From: Acaryochloris marina MBIC11017
GTDB lineage: Bacteria; Cyanobacteriota; Cyanobacteriia; Thermosynechococcales; Thermosynechococcaceae
Direction of reading: 5' to 3'
Assembly: GCF_000018105.1 (NCBI RefSeq)
Contig: NC_009925.1
Location: forward strand, 3,630,001 to 3,662,000
DNA length: 32,000 bases
Part shown: piece after piece, positions 28,182 to 32,000 of the stretch
Layout: every line of letters begins with the position of its first letter
Numbering within the stretch: position 1 is the stretch's first letter
The notes under the pieces: model-generated
Told to the model about the DNA's origin: nothing
The model's input: only the letters and a program-made list of their open reading frames with translations
The model's database searches: none
Program-made: the position numbers and the translations under genes

Positions 28182-28715
28182 CTAGGCGAGGGTTTGTTGA
28201 GACTGCTTCCATACCCAAGATAAAAGTACGCCACTGGCTGCAAGCTTCAAGACTTCAAAACTCCAGTACACGTAGTGCAGTTGATCCATTGTGTCGGGGA
28301 CAACCACAGATTCAAATAGAGACAGTTGAATTCCTAAGCCACTCATTTGTGGGGTAAGGCCGTAGGTATAAATTAAGGGGATGGCGAGTAAAATAGTCGC
28401 CAGAACAATAGCTGCTTTACTCAACGGCAGTTGCGGAGTGATGGCTCGCCACAGCAACGTGCCCGATAGCACGACAGCTCCGGCCACTAATTCAACGCGA
28501 TTAAACATGGAGAAAATCATATCTCCAGCTGATGCAAATCCAGGGTCTGACATCATGCCAGAAAGATATAGCCCTGGCATGATGATAAAGTCCATCAGGA
28601 CGCTGGCACCGATCCAGGCCATGACAGTCACAATCATGATGGCTTGGACGACGGACAGATTGAGGGGACTCGTCTGTGCTAGAGAATTGGGTTGATTGTT
28701 TGCAGCGATGGTCAT
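28182..28715 (-). CDS. Hypothetical four-TM membrane protein (possibly DUF4149-like)
   Basis: 177 aa from the ATG at 28715 (the tracked start at 28730 is TTG). It has four hydrophobic helices. The family assignment is from memory only. Confidence 0.6.
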   Translation of the reverse strand: MTIAANNQPNSLAQTSPLNLSVVQAIMIVTVMAWIGASVLMDFIIMPGLYLSGMMSDPGFASAGDMIFSMFNRVELVAGAVVLSGTLLWRAITPQLPLSKAAIVLATILLAIPLIYTYGLTPQMSGLGIQLSLFESVVVPDTMDQLHYVYWSFEVLKLAASGVLLSWVWKQSQQTLA

Positions 28716-28849
28716 AATCTTGCTATCCAAGTTCCGTCTAGTGAAGGTCTGATAACCTTCGTATTGCTAGCCTAACGAGAACTTTTGGAATTCTCAGGCC
28801 CTTGAAACAAAACGCAAGTCTATTGCAATAAAACGACAAATTATGGTGT

Positions 28850-29899
28850 TTATAGCGGCTGAGATTCTAGGATGATGCGCGTCGACCCCAGAGCTTTGAG
28901 AACTGGGTTGGTTTGCCAGTCTTCAATTAATAAGCGTTGCAGCAACTGTGCTGCCTGCTTGCTATCTGGCGTCTCTAGCTGGCCGAGATAGTGCCGAGCG
29001 CTGTGGAAAGAATCGTCTTGACCCAGCTCAAAAATGCTATCGGCCCGTTCCATTAAGGATTTGACTTGATTTTGCAGGTTGGTCCATAAATCGACATGCC
29101 TAAGATTACTAAAGGCTTCGGCGACTAGATCTTGGCGATGCTGAATGAGGACGGTTTGGGGTCGAAGAAGCGGTGGTAAATCATCCACCATCACCGCAGG
29201 ACCATAAAAAATGCAGTGGAGAGCGTCAATCCACTTCGTATAGGGCTGGAAAAACCTTTGCAGGATATGGAGAGCTTGAGTCGCAATAATACTGCCCTGA
29301 CTGTGGGCCAGAATGATGACTTCTGACCCTGTTCGAATACTGTGCACGACTTCATAGGCTAGACGAAAGATGGATCGTGGGGCTCCTGCTGGATAACTGC
29401 CATATAAATACGCCTCGAAGTCGTCCCAATTCATGTTTTGAATAAAGGGGAGTCGCCGCATAATCTCTAGGTCAAAAGGCAACTTTTGAGCGGCTTCTCC
29501 TAGGGTAATCGCTAGGTCTTGCCGCTGTTGCTGCAGTTCGGCGAGAATGTCGGCGTCTGGAGGGAGGGTGCGATCGCATAAAAGTGTCAGCATATCGGCA
29601 TACTTTTGCAGGCGTTTGTCGCTGTCTGTAGAGAGCCGCTCTGGCCAGAATTGGGCGAGTTCGGCTTTGCCCATCATGGACTCTAGTAAATCACCTCGAT
29701 ACCCGGAGGTACTGTTATGGATGCCGATGATGTCAAGGGGACGATCTAGGGTTAACCAGACTAAGGTTTCTAAATCCTGCAGCTGTCTTTCCGCTGAACT
29801 CGTCACACCGTTAACGTGGAGCAGGCGTTTGGCTCGACCAATGGGTTTTGCGGGTGGATAAACCAGTAAATGACCGTCTTGTTGCGGCTCGCTCAGCAT
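28850..29899 (-). CDS. Hypothetical alpha/beta-hydrolase-fold protein with an AHSQG nucleophile elbow
   Basis: 349-aa ORF. It has 'LLHVNGV' (oxyanion-hole-like HxxG), 'VIILAHSQGSIIA' (lipase/esterase-type elbow) and later conserved D/H candidates. A ~100-aa helical insertion sits between them. Confidence 0.65.
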   Translation of the reverse strand: MLSEPQQDGHLLVYPPAKPIGRAKRLLHVNGVTSSAERQLQDLETLVWLTLDRPLDIIGIHNSTSGYRGDLLESMMGKAELAQFWPERLSTDSDKRLQKYADMLTLLCDRTLPPDADILAELQQQRQDLAITLGEAAQKLPFDLEIMRRLPFIQNMNWDDFEAYLYGSYPAGAPRSIFRLAYEVVHSIRTGSEVIILAHSQGSIIATQALHILQRFFQPYTKWIDALHCIFYGPAVMVDDLPPLLRPQTVLIQHRQDLVAEAFSNLRHVDLWTNLQNQVKSLMERADSIFELGQDDSFHSARHYLGQLETPDSKQAAQLLQRLLIEDWQTNPVLKALGSTRIILESQPL

Positions 29900-30049
29900 A
29901 GAAAAATAGACTGTGTTTTACCAACAGTATCGATAGTGATAAGGATCACGCAGACTTCGTGATCCACATCCTGCCTGGACCTGTCTTCAATTGCCATACT
30001 ACAAGAGACTCGGTGCTATCTGAGTCGTCAATGGGGAACACACAGTACG

Positions 30050-30081
30050 CCGGCAGACTTGGTTCAGTTTGTCGGTTTTTT
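30050..30081 (+). terminator. Plus-strand-specific intrinsic terminator in a minus-strand gene run
   Basis: The stem CCGGCAGAC (30050..30058) / GTTTGTCGG (30067..30075) has 9 bp including 2 G-U pairs that exist only in the plus-strand RNA. The loop is 8 nt and is followed by TTTTTT (30076..30081). Confidence 0.5.
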
Positions 30082-30120
30082 ATTGTGTATTTTTAGAGAA
30101 CCTTTTCTTGAACCATAACC

Positions 30121-30717
30121 CTATTTCATTAAGCCCATCGTATGTTTCCAGGACAACTCTTTACGCAAAATATCGAGAGCCCTACGATCGCTACCGTCAA
30201 ACAAGGGACTAATTTGCCCGAGGACCTGCTCAACAAGTTGTGAGGCAAAAGCCCCTCCAGACCTTAATAGATGGCTGTAATAGCCAAATTGGGGTTGATG
30301 CGTACGATCTAAATGAAAGGCATGGATATCGTCTGTACTCATCGTCCACACTGGCGTATTCACCGGGACAACCAAGCTGGGAATACCTTGATCGCCGTAA
30401 GCATCTGACTGGTCCTGAACCAGCACGCCGATAAGAACACACCAGAGCAAGGTTCGAGTTTCTCGAATTAAATCGGGTGTAAAGAAGGGATCCGGCTGAC
30501 TGACTAAGCGTGGTCCTGAACTGAGATAGGCAGGATTAAATAATTGAGAGTTATAGACCAGCCCCACAGCCCAATGCCGTTCTTCAGTTTCTAGCTTGAC
30601 GAAGCAGCCAAACCCATAATCATCGGGTCGAGGAGGGGTCAAGACTTCCATGTCATCATCTACTTGGATGACGTAGTCGCAATGTGAATCTGATTTAACA
30701 ACTTTTCCGAGTTTCAT
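30121..30717 (-). CDS. Hypothetical protein with an N-terminal HAS-barrel-like fold pattern and no ATPase domain
   Basis: 198 aa from the ATG at 30717 (the tracked TTG is at 30723). 'LGKVVKSDSHCDYVIQV...GCFVKLE...AVGLVYN' and later 'CVLIGVL....G.P.LVVPVNTPVWTMSTDDI' resemble the HerA/ATP-synthase N-terminal barrel pattern. There is no Walker motif. Confidence 0.6.
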   Translation of the reverse strand: MKLGKVVKSDSHCDYVIQVDDDMEVLTPPRPDDYGFGCFVKLETEERHWAVGLVYNSQLFNPAYLSSGPRLVSQPDPFFTPDLIRETRTLLWCVLIGVLVQDQSDAYGDQGIPSLVVPVNTPVWTMSTDDIHAFHLDRTHQPQFGYYSHLLRSGGAFASQLVEQVLGQISPLFDGSDRRALDILRKELSWKHTMGLMK

Positions 30718-30836
30718 ACTCAAGCGCTAGGCTATCTTTGCTTGAATTCTAGATGCCTTCATCTGTTATTGGTGCCAGCTTACAAATACTTAAGGCCTTG
30801 AGCTGCGCTATTTAACAGTGAATTCAAAGCTAATGA

Positions 30837-31148
30837 CTAATTGGGTGGAGCTTTGGAGGTGCTCTGTGAACCATGTCCATGGGTGGGACAAGGCGGCGCA
30901 CTAATGGATCGATCCAGCCAACCTACAGCTTGCTGTAAGCGAAGTAAGCCTTCTTCAGACTGATCATTGAGGAGAAACACAATCGCTGTAGCTGCCTGTT
31001 CTAAGGCTCTAGCTCGACGATTGGTTTTAAGTCGGTGCCAGTCTCCAGACGTAATAGTTAATTGTTCTACGAGTTTACGGGCTGTGGCGATGGTGATCTC
31101 TGGTGAGATGGATGAGTCAGAGGCCTGAGTAGATGGATGGTTTGACAT
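30837..31148 (-). CDS. Hypothetical small soluble protein
   Basis: 103-aa ORF with an AGGA SD sequence upstream of the ATG at 31148. It has a helical core and a C-terminal 'CPTHGHG' segment. I recognise no family with confidence. Confidence 0.55.
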   Translation of the reverse strand: MSNHPSTQASDSSISPEITIATARKLVEQLTITSGDWHRLKTNRRARALEQAATAIVFLLNDQSEEGLLRLQQAVGWLDRSISAPPCPTHGHGSQSTSKAPPN

Positions 31149-31481
31149 ATTTGTTTCCTAATGTGCCTGAAGCTGATTGTAACGGGGGCATCCTAATTGT
31201 GTCAGGCTCAGGTATTTACCGAACTCCTGACTTTATGTGGGCTGATACAGAAATCCCTGTTACAATGCCCACTAGCGATTCCTGCGACGTTGGTGACTGC
31301 CAATATTGTTTTTTGATCTATACCTTTAACGCTAGGGAGCCATTTGCTCGATAGCAGTAGACCAAGCTTGTACTTGGAAACTTTAAATCGATGTTTTCAA
31401 CTCCCACCTGGATGATTCCAGGTCAAAAACTGAGGTAAGACGGCGTTGCGGGAAAAGCACCTCAAAATTTTTGCTCATAAC

Positions 31482-31516
31482 AAAAAGAACCTCAGCCTAT
31501 TTGCTGAGGTTCTTTT
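31482..31516 (-). terminator. Intrinsic terminator after tRNA-Leu (bidirectional geometry)
   Basis: Perfect 10-bp stem GAACCTCAGC (31487..31496) / GCTGAGGTTC (31503..31512) with a 6-nt loop. It is flanked by A5 on one side and T4 on the other, so a U-run follows on either strand. It starts 10 nt past the tRNA 3' end. Confidence 0.8.
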
Positions 31517-31525
31517 GATCTGTAA

Positions 31526-31854
31526 TGGGGGCGGAGGGACTTGAACCCTCACGACCTTACCGGTCAACGGATTTTCATTCTCCCGCTGCTTTCGCAGCTG
31601 CCAATGTGGTTTTGAGAATTGGACTCTCCCTTTACCCGCGCCATACTTCAAGGATTAGCTTTGAGTAGCGTGAGGGTAGCTCCCGTCGAGTCTCTGCACC
31701 TTCCAAATCATCTATGACTTGGCTTGGCTCAGGATTGCCTTGTCTGAAAGTTCAGATTTAGGTTTCCCTGAGTTTGAGAGCATTCACTTACAAGATTTCT
31801 CCTGTAAGGCTCAGCTTTCTAAGTCCGTAGCGTCTACCATTCCGCCACGCCCCC
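31526..31854 (-). tRNA. trnL: tRNA-Leu(UAA) gene interrupted by a group I intron (exons 31821..31854 and 31526..31575)
   Basis: The minus strand reads GGGGGCGTGGCGGAATGGTAGACGCTACGGACTT | intron | AAAATCCGTTGACCGGTAAGGTCGTGAGGGTTCAAGTCCCTCCGCCCCCA. The acceptor stem is GGGGGCG/CGCCCCC, the T arm is GAGGGTTCAAGTCCCTC, and there is a long variable arm. The spliced anticodon loop is CUUAAAA (anticodon UAA). CCA is not encoded. Confidence 0.93.
31576..31820 (-). ncRNA. Group I (IC3-type) self-splicing intron in the tRNA-Leu(UAA) anticodon loop
   Basis: The 245-nt insert lies between U34 and A35 and ends in ...GAGAATG (terminal G). Its core blocks are CTCTCAAACTCAGGGAAACCTAAATCT, GACAAGGCAATCCTGAGCCAAGCC, GGAAGGTGCAGAGACTCGACGGGAGCTACCCT and GGGTAAAGGGAGAGTCCAATTCTCAAA. 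These match the cyanobacterial/plastid trnL intron core as I recall it. It has no internal ORF. Confidence 0.9.
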
Positions 31855-32000
31855 TTATTGCTTGGACTACAATAGCACGGGATTATGACTAGTTTGCAAG
31901 TCGATATCTTTGAGCATCTGAAAACCGACCAATATAGCTCACATTTCTAAAGAGCTAAGGCTGTTCCAAGTGACTTGAAAGCCCTGAAAACCCGATAGTT

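Noticed and set aside
30031-30096. 21-codon plus-strand ORF (MGNTQYAGRLGSVCRFFIVYF) spanning the plus-strand terminator
   Set aside because: It has a weak SD sequence, and the coding sequence would run through the terminator stem and U-tract. It is more plausibly part of a non-coding RNA.
31133-31354. 73-aa plus-strand ORF upstream of the 103-aa gene
   Set aside because: It overlaps the start of the opposite-strand gene. It has no SD sequence, is Cys/Asp-rich with a random look, and sits in what is more likely the promoter region.
28850-31860. Genomic island integrated at tRNA-Leu
   Set aside because: I see no integrase or recombinase, no direct repeat of the tRNA 3' end downstream, no obvious compositional break, and a HIP1 copy inside the region. 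It looks native.
1-32000. CRISPR arrays, IS elements, MITE-like repeats and rRNA genes
   Set aside because: I saw no regularly spaced direct repeats longer than 20 bp, no terminal inverted repeats flanking a transposase-like ORF, and no rRNA-like conserved blocks while reading both strands. This is a by-eye scan only, so short dispersed repeats could have been missed.

Overview
This window looks like core chromosome from a cyanobacterium. The evidence is a split rpoC1/rpoC2 downstream of rpoB, 14 perfect HIP1 palindromes (GCGATCGC), a tRNA-Leu(UAA) gene interrupted by a group I intron, and Ycf34-, Psb34(ssl1498)-, DUF2973- and Mo-nitrogenase-C-like small proteins. I support about 27 protein-coding genes. 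These include a dihydroorotase-like gene, a tandem histidine phosphatase, a CPBP protease, hisD, rpsT, tatD, rpoB-rpoC1-rpoC2, two alpha/beta hydrolases, a MATE transporter, thiG, an ECF sigma/anti-sigma pair and ubiA. There is also one intron-containing tRNA and several intrinsic terminators. I see no transposase, integrase, CRISPR array, prophage remnant or recognisable defence or toxin-antitoxin module, so most of the window is ordinary housekeeping DNA. The best candidates for undescribed biology are modest. (1) A run of unrecognised minus-strand genes at 28850..31148 includes an atypical AHSQG hydrolase and a stand-alone HAS-barrel-like protein. (2) A plus-strand-specific intrinsic terminator and hairpins sit inside that run and predict an antisense or small RNA. 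(3) A roughly 1 kb AT-rich non-coding gap at 5208..6218 carries structured repeats and is flanked by an untracked 32-codon membrane ORF. (4) A small-protein/GTPase-DUF697 cluster lies at 6219..8386. All family names come from recalled motifs, not from database searches.
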